A stretch of 33,769 bases of DNA from positions 1 to 33,769 of IMG/VR virus record IMGVR_UViG_3300017913_002605. One strand, given 5' to 3'. Numbering within the stretch: the stretch's first letter is position 1; each line of letters begins with the position of its first letter. Origin of the DNA: a virus (Duplodnaviria > Caudoviricetes). Position numbers and translations under genes: made by a program. Under the pieces are notes generated by a model. That model searched no databases. It was not told where the DNA came from and was given only the letters and a program-made list of their open reading frames with translations. Below, piece after piece: positions 9,863 to 18,857 of the stretch.

Positions 9863-11911
9863 TTAAAAGAACACATCATCTGTTTCAGCTGCTTTAATAG
9901 CTTTTTGTTCATCGTTATAAAAACGTCTTGTTGATCCACCCTTTGGTCCTCTAAGGAACAGAACAACCCACTCGTTATAATTGAGAGTTGATTCAGTAAC
10001 TTTGTTTCCATTTGGAAATCTCATAGGATACTTAGATGGCTCTTCTGGTGGCGGTGGCGGTGATGCTGGCTTTGGCGCTGGTGCAACAGGTTCAGCTTCT
10101 TGTTCTGTGCTGAAGTTTTGAATCGTGCCATCTACATTTACCGCATACTGACGTTTATCTTTATCAAACGCAATTGTTGGATTCTCTGGTGTTGCATTTA
10201 CTTCTGCTTCTGCAGCTGGAGTATCAGATGTAGTAGATTTGTGTGAAGACTGTCTTCTGAATTTCTTTACATACTCACCAACATCAAACCCAGGACCATA
10301 TCTAGTATCACCACCAAGTTCTTCTAATCCTATAGCTTCTCTAGCTTTTGGTAATCTGAAGAATACCTTCAGAACCATATCAAGCGATCTCCATTGTTCT
10401 GCAGTTATTGAATCTGCAGATAAGAAAGCTGACTGGCCACCACCTTCTGTACGTGGTATAGTTAGTCCAGCATCTAATGTAAATATAAGTTTAGTTAAAA
10501 ACGTTTCACCACCAACAGTTCTACCATTATATGGTATCATATCTGCGGGAAGCATACGTTCTATTGTACCATCTTTACGAATGAAGTAATTGGCTTGCCA
10601 AGCCTTATCAAGTGTAACAATATTATACTTTAATCTGTCACCAGATATCAACCCGTGCTGCAATCTCTTTTTAACAAAAAAGTCGTTCCACTCTTTCCCG
10701 GTCCAGTTATCATCTGATCCAGATGCTCCGACCCAACTAATCACTAAAGTTTCTGGTGTTCTCAAATCAGTTAAACTTGCAAGCTCTAGCTCTAGTTCTT
10801 TTGCCCCATTAACTTTTTTGTATTCAAGGTCAGATACAAACACAGGTCTTCTTCCGGAAGAAGTAGACACATCTAATATGTCTGTAGTTGGTTCAGTCAC
10901 ATCAGTTAACTTATTCCCTTTATTAACAACTTTTGATAGATTTGTATTACCACTGAGATCAACTATTGGAGGAACAGGTAAACCATCAGCAGGATTAATT
11001 CCACCAGGTAATGTGTCGAGAGGATTCCCAATACCCTGAAATGATCCCACATTTGTAATTGAGCCAACTACAGATCCAAGTATATTACCAAACGGCAAAC
11101 CTTTTGGGCCAAATCCAGGAGTATTCACTTGTGGAACATCAAGCGATGGAACACTTACACCAGTAGGTGACTTTGGAGTAATCCCCTGTGCAATTGCACC
11201 TATATCAAACCCAAATGGATTACCAAGTGATTTCATTTGCAGCTGAGATGATTGTGATAATCCTTCAGCAACTTTCTCAGTCTCAATATTTTGCATCAAA
11301 GAGTTTACACCTTGACCTTTTAGCAAATTATTAAATTCGCCAAGATCGGTTTCAGTAAATCCAACTGACTTTAATTGTTCTTGGACTTGTGGATTGTTTA
11401 TTGCATCAGATGCTTCATTAGTAGCTTGTTTAATTGCTGGCTCAGCTGCCTTTAGTTCATCACGCAATACTTTATTAATTGCCTTTGGATTACCACCAGA
11501 TATAACTTTACGTAACTTCTTTTCAGTAGCGGTACTCTTACCAGCTAGTGCATCTACATTTGCTTTTGTTGCAGGCTTAGAGTTTACAGTGATACCAGGA
11601 ACATTAGATTGCATTTCTGATATAACTGGATCTACACGTTTACGAACATCTTCAGCAATTTCTTCTAACTGTGGCTTCACTTCTTCACTAAGCGACTTGA
11701 ATCCAGCAACAGTTTGGCCAAACGTAGCTCCACCTGACGCAAAGTTTTTAACTAAATTAATTGCTTGCTGTTGTTGCGCTTGTGTTAGTGCAGGACCTTT
11801 ACGTGCAGCAATTTGTGATTCATTTAATTTAGATTGCACCGACTCATTTGGAATCAGTGTTCCATCTGGGGCTTTTTTGAACCCACCTTTATCTGAACCT
11901 AAGTCTACCAT
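9863..11911 (-). CDS. Tail-associated protein with a degenerate N-acetylmuramoyl-L-alanine amidase (Amidase_2-like) domain
   Basis: 'LVISW', 'NYFIRKDGTIERMLP', 'ITAEQWRSL', 'IGLEEL', 'GPGFDV' match T7-lysozyme-like motifs in order; helical and Gly/Pro-rich N-terminal half. Confidence 0.65.
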   Translation of the reverse strand: MVDLGSDKGGFKKAPDGTLIPNESVQSKLNESQIAARKGPALTQAQQQQAINLVKNFASGGATFGQTVAGFKSLSEEVKPQLEEIAEDVRKRVDPVISEMQSNVPGITVNSKPATKANVDALAGKSTATEKKLRKVISGGNPKAINKVLRDELKAAEPAIKQATNEASDAINNPQVQEQLKSVGFTETDLGEFNNLLKGQGVNSLMQNIETEKVAEGLSQSSQLQMKSLGNPFGFDIGAIAQGITPKSPTGVSVPSLDVPQVNTPGFGPKGLPFGNILGSVVGSITNVGSFQGIGNPLDTLPGGINPADGLPVPPIVDLSGNTNLSKVVNKGNKLTDVTEPTTDILDVSTSSGRRPVFVSDLEYKKVNGAKELELELASLTDLRTPETLVISWVGASGSDDNWTGKEWNDFFVKKRLQHGLISGDRLKYNIVTLDKAWQANYFIRKDGTIERMLPADMIPYNGRTVGGETFLTKLIFTLDAGLTIPRTEGGGQSAFLSADSITAEQWRSLDMVLKVFFRLPKAREAIGLEELGGDTRYGPGFDVGEYVKKFRRQSSHKSTTSDTPAAEAEVNATPENPTIAFDKDKRQYAVNVDGTIQNFSTEQEAEPVAPAPKPASPPPPPEEPSKYPMRFPNGNKVTESTLNYNEWVVLFLRGPKGGSTRRFYNDEQKAIKAAETDDVFF

Positions 11912-12846
11912 TATGATGTCATCTTTCTGAACATTTCTTCAGCAAACGCTATTCGTTCTTCTTGGCCAAACATTATTCTATTACCATCTTCATCTAGCTT
12001 AAACTCTTCATGACCACTCTGGCCAGATTTTTCCTTTACTTGTTCTGGTCTTTCATACTTGCGGCCAAACACAAGAGCTGCTTCTTTGGGTGTCTTTGTT
12101 TGTTTCAATTGGCCTAACCCAAGATATGAAAACTTTACAAGTTCATGTTTCAAGAATAAAAGTTGAGCATATAGTGATGTATATGTTAGGTTTACAGACT
12201 CAGCAAACTGTTGTAGTTGACCATATCTATTACCAGCAGCTTCTGCAGGATTCCACTGAGCAATACCAAACGATCCTTCTGTTGTGTTTTGAGCTATTGG
12301 ATTAATTGTTGGTCCAGACTCAACACAGAAGTTACCAATGATACCACAAGCCTGAGCAGCAGTTAACCCTAATCCTTCTTTTGTTATCAAAAAGTTGAAA
12401 CAACGCTCAGCATTAGATGTCCCTTGTAGATATTCTCTATCTACAACGTCGGGTGGTAATTTGTTTTTATCTACACCAGATTGTAAGTTAGACTTTGCTG
12501 CATTACCAACTTCATCACCTTCAAGATCTATATTCTCTTCATACTTTGACATGGACCCAACGACGATAGGAACCTGACTGTTCTTACCATCTAAGAAGAT
12601 TCCAAACACTTGAGCTTGTTCTTTGATTCCGGTGTTCGCGCCAATACCAGATGATGCACCTTCAGTAACTGGAATCACAACTTGAGCCCAAGGTAAGAAG
12701 TCTTCAGTAATCTCAGGATTATCATGAATACCAACAATACGAATACGTACACGGCCCATCTGTAATGGATCGTTAATGTTGATGACTCTACCTATAAACC
12801 AGCGAGTAGTGTCACCATAAAAATCAATATCACTTCCAGGAATCAT
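11911..12846 (-). CDS. gp5: gp5 N-terminal OB-fold fused to a phage tail lysozyme (Phage_lysozyme2-like) domain
   Basis: 'WFIGRV....DPLQMGRVRIRIVGIH...LPWA...VFGIFLDG...Q.P' OB fold, then 'QACGIIGNFCVESG', 'GIAQW', 'AQLLFLKHEL', 'YERP'. Confidence 0.88.
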   Translation of the reverse strand: MIPGSDIDFYGDTTRWFIGRVININDPLQMGRVRIRIVGIHDNPEITEDFLPWAQVVIPVTEGASSGIGANTGIKEQAQVFGIFLDGKNSQVPIVVGSMSKYEENIDLEGDEVGNAAKSNLQSGVDKNKLPPDVVDREYLQGTSNAERCFNFLITKEGLGLTAAQACGIIGNFCVESGPTINPIAQNTTEGSFGIAQWNPAEAAGNRYGQLQQFAESVNLTYTSLYAQLLFLKHELVKFSYLGLGQLKQTKTPKEAALVFGRKYERPEQVKEKSGQSGHEEFKLDEDGNRIMFGQEERIAFAEEMFRKMTS

Positions 12847-14162
12847 AGTGGTATGTTATCCTCTTTATAATCATTGACCTTTGCAAGTGTAATCTGTAAG
12901 TTGTATCTCTCTTGTGAGAATACATGCTTAGTAGCATACATTAGATAGTCACCAGACTTCTTTCTATCAATTGGTATGTTAGTTTTGTTCAATGATGTGT
13001 TTGCCATGAACAACACTCTCAGTACGTTACCAATAGTACGGTGTTCATCTGGAATCAAAAAGCCTTCACCAGGAACCAAGATAGTCATTGGAGCTTTCAT
13101 TAGATGTGTCTTTAATGCACGCGATGATGCTTTGAGGATATGTGCTTGCGCATCTTCTTCCTCACTAAACGACTTTGCTTTGATTGCTCCAAGATTATAT
13201 ACCCCTGCTCCACCTATCTGTGTAATGCGACGAGCTTTGTGCTCCTGAACTTTTTTGTCCATGATCTCTACATTTGGAGCAAAAGAGTTTTCTTTACCAT
13301 CAGGTGATTGTAGTTTAACTACTACATCTTTCTCATAATCAAAGTCCTTCTTCATAACTCTACCAGATAATGCATCATAGTATTGATATTCAGCACCAAC
13401 TAAGCCTTTACCAATAACATCATATAGCTTTTCTGTATCTTTATATGAATATCCTTGTATTGGCATAAAGTGAATATCTTCACCTTTATCTCTAACCACT
13501 TTTGTACTTGGACCATGAAAGAATGGATATGTCTTATTGATTGGAGCTGTATTCATTACAGTCTCAAGATCTGTATAGTATAAGTCATTCAGCGCAAGAG
13601 TAGAAAATAAGAATGATGGTCCACCAACTGATGTTGTCATACGATTCTTGATCCACAACAGAGCATCGATGGGATGTAAATTAGGTACAACCAACTTCAT
13701 AGCATTCTGGTACAGATCAACATTTTCTGGTACGACAGAAATATTCTTTTGTAAAAACTCTGACGAGATCTCTTTAAGAATCTTTAGAGGACTACCAGCA
13801 TAACCATTATTCACATTCTGTAGTTGTGAATGATATACAACATCTTCATACAAACTAAACTGGACAACTTCAGTAGTTTGGTTAACTTTCTCTGAAGTTA
13901 GTTGTGAAGCAATAACAAATCTTTTCTCAATAGACTTTTCTTCATTAGCTGTCTTAATTTTAATAGTACAGTATTCATTACCTTGTAGATCTAATCTATC
14001 GACAATACGATATGCATCAGCAAAAGCAATGTTTGCTGTGACATATGGCAACTCGATATGCTCATATATTTCTACATCAGTTACCGACCGAAGGTCTAGG
14101 TCTTCATATAGTCGGCTTGAACTGATCGTTACACCTTCAAGTGTGTATCGTGCAGTTGTCAT
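12843..14162 (-). CDS. Baseplate hub protein, gp27-like
   Basis: Between gp53 and gp5; N-terminal 'IYEHI..PYVTA.I...D...L.LQGNE' and C-terminal 'SGDYL....KH.F' pattern. Confidence 0.6.
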   Translation of the reverse strand: MTTARYTLEGVTISSSRLYEDLDLRSVTDVEIYEHIELPYVTANIAFADAYRIVDRLDLQGNEYCTIKIKTANEEKSIEKRFVIASQLTSEKVNQTTEVVQFSLYEDVVYHSQLQNVNNGYAGSPLKILKEISSEFLQKNISVVPENVDLYQNAMKLVVPNLHPIDALLWIKNRMTTSVGGPSFLFSTLALNDLYYTDLETVMNTAPINKTYPFFHGPSTKVVRDKGEDIHFMPIQGYSYKDTEKLYDVIGKGLVGAEYQYYDALSGRVMKKDFDYEKDVVVKLQSPDGKENSFAPNVEIMDKKVQEHKARRITQIGGAGVYNLGAIKAKSFSEEEDAQAHILKASSRALKTHLMKAPMTILVPGEGFLIPDEHRTIGNVLRVLFMANTSLNKTNIPIDRKKSGDYLMYATKHVFSQERYNLQITLAKVNDYKEDNIPL

Positions 14163-14911
14163 TATTCTTTCAGAGCTTTCTTATATGCAGATGCAATTAC
14201 AGACATGTTTTCTGGTTTGATTACTTTAATTTGTTTCAGAGCGTCATTCTGTCTTCTATATCTATCGGCTATGGTTACCTCATTGTATATTGCTGGCGCT
14301 GGTCCTGTTGGACTGACGTCAACATATTCTTTAGCTGCATTCTCATAATGATGAGTTGCATTATACTCAAACCCAGACGACACAACATTGAATGTAGCTG
14401 TGTTTGGTGGTTGTGATGCAGCTGTGATAGCTTCACCAACTTGGAAAGGTCCAGTCGAATCTACAATTAATATACCGTGATCAAGATCTCTTTTAAGAAT
14501 CTTTCCACTCTTACCTGACTGCTGGCCATATACTATTTCATTTTGCAAATAGAAGTTTGATATATCAGCGTTCACTTTTATATAATAATGTGGATGATCT
14601 TTTTTCAATTGTTCATCCATCTGCTTGAGAGTCAATGGCCAACCCTGTTCACGAATATGATCATTCATCATCCAGAATGTCCAATGGAATACTGGTGTAC
14701 CATATAGATACTGAGATACCTGATCTGGTCTTTCATTTTCAATAATGTTGTAATAATTATAGAAGTGAGCAGCCTGTCTAACCTGATCAACAATATCAAC
14801 ATACTGTGACAGATCTTGAACATATTCAATCTGACGTCGGCCCGAGCCAGCCTTTTCAAACTCATCACCAAAAGTGTATGCTACCTTTTTAAAGTTTTGA
14901 AAGTATTTCAT
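14162..14911 (-). CDS. gp53: Baseplate wedge subunit gp53
   Basis: 'MKYFQNF', 'YNIIENERPDQVSQYLYG....HW...MMN......WP', 'N...KQIKVIKP'. Confidence 0.9.
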   Translation of the reverse strand: MKYFQNFKKVAYTFGDEFEKAGSGRRQIEYVQDLSQYVDIVDQVRQAAHFYNYYNIIENERPDQVSQYLYGTPVFHWTFWMMNDHIREQGWPLTLKQMDEQLKKDHPHYYIKVNADISNFYLQNEIVYGQQSGKSGKILKRDLDHGILIVDSTGPFQVGEAITAASQPPNTATFNVVSSGFEYNATHHYENAAKEYVDVSPTGPAPAIYNEVTIADRYRRQNDALKQIKVIKPENMSVIASAYKKALKE

Positions 14912-16170
14912 TAGAATCCTGCCTCAACATCTCTCTTAGATAGTGGACGATATTCTACAAAGTTCAGTGACAGATCAACTTCTGTTGGATGTCCATCAGC
15001 ATAGAATACATCTGCTGTACCGTTGTATGTTGTATTTACTGATTCAAGATAACAATATTGTAATCTTGGAATATGTGGTGATGCACCAGTAGCTCCAAAT
15101 TTCATACTAATTCGAAATACGTTAGGGAACTCATATCCAACTGGAATGTTATTGATATCAATTTCTCTTGGGTATGCTTGAATTCTAAATTCTTTCACTA
15201 TCTGTTCAATCTGCTCAGCCTCTTGTGGAGACGTTGCAATCAACTTAAATGAAAACGTAAAACGTCTTACATTTGGTTTATCAAATAACATACGTGTTCC
15301 AGGATTCAATCCAGCCTGAACACCAAGACTAACAGCACCACTTAACCCTTGACTTGGAATAAGATTAGCTGCACGTGCAGCAACTAGTCTTGCAGCTTCA
15401 CCTGAAACTGTACCGCGGGCCAGGTTAAAGATACTTTCAAGACCCTCACTCAACCCTTTACCAAGTGCACCCATAATAGATTGTCTTTGATTGATACCAG
15501 CTAATGCTGTTAATCCAGCTGGACCTAATGATGGATCGTTATAGTTTACAGCATCAACATATTGTAATCCTGGTGGAAGATATAATACAAGAGTTGGAGC
15601 TTTCTCATCACGATATGCTCTAAGATCGGTTAACTTGTTTCCCATCTCTTGCCTATTTTGATCAATCTGAGCTGCACGTTCAGCTTGTTCAGCTTTTTCT
15701 TGTTGTATTCGAGCAAGCTCCTTTTGTGGACCGTCGTCATAACCAATAACATTACCAGTGTCTGGATTAACTGGCTTTGGTGGGGTTGCAACACCATCTA
15801 TCTGATACCCTTCACTAGTTGATGTTACAGCTGCAGCTGCATTAGCTGCCGTTCTAAGAAATTTTTGTACAAGTGGTGCATCCATAACATCCTTTAAGCC
15901 TTCAGTTGATACTTTGTATGCATCAACAATATATGGTTCAAATACAATAGATGCTGGATATGCATCTTGACGATCTAAAGGATATCTTAGAATCTCAGCG
16001 TCACGCTGCTGCTTATTCCCACCAACAGCTAAAGTAGGCGTTGGACGATCTTGATATGTGTTAGCACTATTCAATGGTGTTGGACCAGCTCTTTCGGGAG
16101 CATTAGGTATCAGCTTTCCATCAGCACCTTTTTTGAAAGGCTGTTTATTACTTCCTAAGTTTACTGGCAT
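14911..16170 (-). CDS. gp48: Baseplate tail-tube cap gp48
   Basis: 'LRYPLD', 'LYLP', 'NP...LF..P..RRFTFSFKL....P.EA..I..IV..FR', 'CYLESV..TY', 'LSLNFVE'. Confidence 0.85.
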   Translation of the reverse strand: MPVNLGSNKQPFKKGADGKLIPNAPERAGPTPLNSANTYQDRPTPTLAVGGNKQQRDAEILRYPLDRQDAYPASIVFEPYIVDAYKVSTEGLKDVMDAPLVQKFLRTAANAAAAVTSTSEGYQIDGVATPPKPVNPDTGNVIGYDDGPQKELARIQQEKAEQAERAAQIDQNRQEMGNKLTDLRAYRDEKAPTLVLYLPPGLQYVDAVNYNDPSLGPAGLTALAGINQRQSIMGALGKGLSEGLESIFNLARGTVSGEAARLVAARAANLIPSQGLSGAVSLGVQAGLNPGTRMLFDKPNVRRFTFSFKLIATSPQEAEQIEQIVKEFRIQAYPREIDINNIPVGYEFPNVFRISMKFGATGASPHIPRLQYCYLESVNTTYNGTADVFYADGHPTEVDLSLNFVEYRPLSKRDVEAGF

Positions 16171-16180
16171 AATCTTTCCC

Positions 16181-16188
16181 TATAAATA
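16181..16188 (+). promoter_or_regulatory. Late promoter TATAAATA for gp4
   Basis: Exact consensus 30 nt upstream of the gp4 ATG. Confidence 0.75.
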
Positions 16189-16202
16189 AAAATTCGTAAA
16201 GG

Positions 16203-16210
16203 TATTTATA
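16203..16210 (-). promoter_or_regulatory. Late promoter TATAAATA for the gp48-gp53-gp5 operon
   Basis: Exact consensus on the minus strand in the 48-nt divergent intergenic gap. Confidence 0.75.
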
Positions 16211-16218
16211 TAGTTTCT

Positions 16219-16704
16219 ATGGCATATTCTGGCAAGTACAAAGTAAAGAACATGAGCAAGTATCGAGGTGACCCCGATAAGGTTACTTATCGTTCGTCAT
16301 GGGAAAAGGCTTGTTTTATTTGGTGTGATAATAATCCAAACATCAAAGAGTGGTCATCTGAAGAGATTGTCGTTCCATATAAGTGGGAAATAGACAAACG
16401 GATGCACAGATACTTTGTTGATCTGAAGATTGTATTCAATGATGGCAAGACACTATTAATTGAAATAAAACCAGAAAAAGAAACAGCACCACCAAAGAGA
16501 CCAGACAAGTCTAAAAGATATATTGGTGAGGCAATGACATATGTTAAGAATATGAACAAGTGGGAAGCTGCCAATGAATATGCTAAAGATAGAGGATGGG
16601 AGTTTCAGATATGGACTGAAGAGACTCTATACAGCATGGGTATCATGAAAAAGCTCAAAGCTCTAAAGCCTCTTAAACCTTTTAGAAAGAAACGTAAGAA
16701 ATAA
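16219..16704 (+). CDS. gp4: Head completion protein gp4 (PD-(D/E)xK, TnsA-like fold)
   Basis: 'MAYSGKY...N..KY.GD....YRSSWE', 'WSSEE..VPY', 'HRYFVD', 'IEIKP', 'N..KWEAA', 'F.IWTE'. Confidence 0.93.
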   Translation: MAYSGKYKVKNMSKYRGDPDKVTYRSSWEKACFIWCDNNPNIKEWSSEEIVVPYKWEIDKRMHRYFVDLKIVFNDGKTLLIEIKPEKETAPPKRPDKSKRYIGEAMTYVKNMNKWEAANEYAKDRGWEFQIWTEETLYSMGIMKKLKALKPLKPFRKKRKK

Positions 16705-16706
16705 CA

Positions 16707-16714
16707 TATAAATA
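16707..16714 (+). promoter_or_regulatory. Late promoter TATAAATA for gp2
   Basis: Exact consensus ending 5 nt before the gp2 ATG. Confidence 0.7.
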
Positions 16715-16719
16715 CTGTC

Positions 16720-17310
16720 ATGAGTAATCTATTTCAAAAGTTAGAAATTGAAGCATTCAAAGCTGGAATCAATCCACGGACGGAACAGTCTCGTCAGTGG
16801 TTCCGTAGACGTTTGCAATCTATACGTAGAGTGAATAGACGAGAGCTATTACAGTCTGATGAAATCAACCTTGTAAATAAATCTCAGCCACTTATTGGAT
16901 CAATGAATATGTTTTTCTATGATCCTAAAACAAAAGATACATTGCCATACTATGATCGGTTCCCACTTGCTATTATTGTTGGACCTGCTCCTGGTGGATT
17001 CTATGGATTGAACTTACATTATCTTCCACCTATATTGAGAGCGAAGATGCTTGATGCATTGATGGATATTACTACAGATAGTAAGTATGATGAGCGTACA
17101 CGATTCAGGTTGTCATACAACACTCTTCAAAGAGTATCAAAACTGAAGTATTACAAGCCGTGTTTGAAACATTACCTATTTGCTCATGTGAGATCAAGAC
17201 TTGGTCGAGTGAATGCTCCTGAATGGGAAATTGCAACATTCTTACCAACGCAGGATTTTGCAAAGAAGGGAATGAGAGCAGTGTATACAGACTCTAGGAA
17301 AATGATTTAA
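16720..17310 (+). CDS. gp2: DNA end protector protein gp2
   Basis: 'G.M.MFFYDPKTKDTLPYYDRFPL', 'GLNLHYLPP..RA', 'CLKHYL..HV.S', 'LPTQDF'. Confidence 0.93.
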   Translation: MSNLFQKLEIEAFKAGINPRTEQSRQWFRRRLQSIRRVNRRELLQSDEINLVNKSQPLIGSMNMFFYDPKTKDTLPYYDRFPLAIIVGPAPGGFYGLNLHYLPPILRAKMLDALMDITTDSKYDERTRFRLSYNTLQRVSKLKYYKPCLKHYLFAHVRSRLGRVNAPEWEIATFLPTQDFAKKGMRAVYTDSRKMI

Positions 17311-17966
17311 TGGCTACTCTTGATTCATTAAAAGGATTAGTTTCTTCTAAACTTGGTGTTGCAAGATCCAATCAGTTTCTTGTTGAACTACCAACATCAT
17401 TTCAATCTGGGGGCTTCTTAGCTCAGCTATCAAGAGCTCTCAACGGTAATGATATGAATCTGTTATGTGCACAGGCTTCATTACCTGGACGTCAAGTTAC
17501 AACTCTTGATCGTCGTATTGGAATGGAATATCAAAAAGTTGGATACGGATATGTTGTTGACCCAGTATCAATGACATTCTATATGTTAAATGATTATGGT
17601 GTAAAGAAGTACTTTGATTCATGGTACAACACTATACTCAATGATGATCTTAATATGGCTTTTTACAAAACACAATATCAAAAGCCTGTAAAGATTCATC
17701 AACTACGTAAGCCTATTGTTAACAAACAGTTTGACATAGGACCAATCAATATCGATATTGGTATTGGAGCAGGTACAGTTTATTCTTGTCTGCTTGAAGA
17801 CGCATACCCAGTAAACGTAAGTTCAATTGAATTGAATAATGAACTTGACGGCCTTGTACAGCTGACTGTAGAGTTTGCTTATACAAAATGGAAGCCAGTA
17901 AGTGATACTCAAGGATTCTTCAAAGTATCTGCTGGACTACCTGGAGGCCTTGGTGGAATATTTTAA
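17310..17966 (+). CDS. Tail tube-fold protein (gp19-like / gp54 tail tube initiator)
   Basis: 'ARSNQFLV', 'LLC..ASLPG', 'YFDSW', 'L.DAYPV.V..IEL', 'LTVEFAY..W'; position between gp2 and gp26. Confidence 0.75.
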   Translation: MATLDSLKGLVSSKLGVARSNQFLVELPTSFQSGGFLAQLSRALNGNDMNLLCAQASLPGRQVTTLDRRIGMEYQKVGYGYVVDPVSMTFYMLNDYGVKKYFDSWYNTILNDDLNMAFYKTQYQKPVKIHQLRKPIVNKQFDIGPINIDIGIGAGTVYSCLLEDAYPVNVSSIELNNELDGLVQLTVEFAYTKWKPVSDTQGFFKVSAGLPGGLGGIF

Positions 17967-17976
17967 GGAGTAAATT

Positions 17977-18690
17977 ATGGCTTTGCCAAAGTTGAATGAA
18001 GTACCTCAGTATGAATTGACCATACCTTCTACAGGAAAGATTGCAGCATACAGACCTTTCCTCGTAAAAGAACAGAAAGTACTTTTGATTGCTAACGAGT
18101 CACAAGACCGCAGACAAGTACTAAGAGCATTATTGAATACTATTGATGCTTGTGTACCAGATGTGGATGTGCACCAGTTAACAGGATATGATGTAGATTA
18201 TATCTTTACACGAATCAGAACAAAGTCTGTTGGTGAGACAGCTAAAGTTGGTTTGAATTGTAAATCTTGTAATGAACAAAATGAAGTTACTATTAATCTT
18301 GATAGTGTATATTCGTCAGAACCACCTGAGAATAACATCATCAAACTGACAGATGAGATATCAGTTGAGATGTCTTATCCAAAATATCATCAGGTGATCA
18401 ACAGTGAGAAGCTATTAGACGATGATGCTCCTCTTGCTGAGAAGGCACTTGAAACATTAAAGATTTGTTTGACTGCTGTATTGACTGAAGATGAACGTAT
18501 TGCACTGAAAGATGAGACAGCACAAGAAGTAGATGATTTTGTTGGTAGCCTTTCTAATCAACAGTTGGAGTTGCTACTTACATATGTGAATAAAGTACCA
18601 CAGATTAAGACTGATGTAGAGTTTAAATGTGAACACTGTGGTGAGAATAACAAACACGTAATAGAAGGAATCAACGATTTTTTTTCATAA
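17977..18690 (+). CDS. gp26: Baseplate hub assembly protein gp26
   Basis: 'MALPKL..P.YELTIPSTG....YRPFLVKEQKVLLIA.ES', 'IRTKSVGE', two CxxC pairs, ends 'IEGINDFF'. Confidence 0.9.
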   Translation: MALPKLNEVPQYELTIPSTGKIAAYRPFLVKEQKVLLIANESQDRRQVLRALLNTIDACVPDVDVHQLTGYDVDYIFTRIRTKSVGETAKVGLNCKSCNEQNEVTINLDSVYSSEPPENNIIKLTDEISVEMSYPKYHQVINSEKLLDDDAPLAEKALETLKICLTAVLTEDERIALKDETAQEVDDFVGSLSNQQLELLLTYVNKVPQIKTDVEFKCEHCGENNKHVIEGINDFFS

Positions 18691-18857
18691 GCCTCTCTCA
18701 CGATAATCTTGAGAACTTTTATACTCTCAACTTTCAATTGATGAATAGCTTTAAGTATTCAATGAGTGATCTAGATCATATGATACCTTGGGAGAGGGAA
18801 ATATATGTGGCAATGTTGATAACTGACCTAAAAGAGAAATCACAGAGGAACCAATGA
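18684..18857 (+). CDS. gp51: gp51-like baseplate hub assembly ORF (absent from ORF track; -1 frame relative to gp26)
   Basis: Manual translation FISLSHDNLENFYTLNFQLMNSFKYSMSDLDHMIPWEREIYVAMLITDLKEKSQRNQ*. 'MIPWEREIY' is the motif of the small gp51-annotated ORF of marine T4-like phages. First ATG is at 18741. Confidence 0.8.
   Translation, partial: FISLSHDNLENFYTLNFQLMNSFKYSMSDLDHMIPWEREIYVAMLITDLKEKSQRNQ

Noticed and set aside
2548-14416. Many short plus-strand and alternative-frame ORFs in the ORF track
   Set aside because: They lie inside well-supported minus-strand genes and have no recognisable motifs; treated as shadow ORFs.
16219-16704. TnsA-like nuclease as a transposon or homing endonuclease
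   Set aside because: Sequence and position match the core T4 gene gp4; no terminal repeats or other transposition genes.
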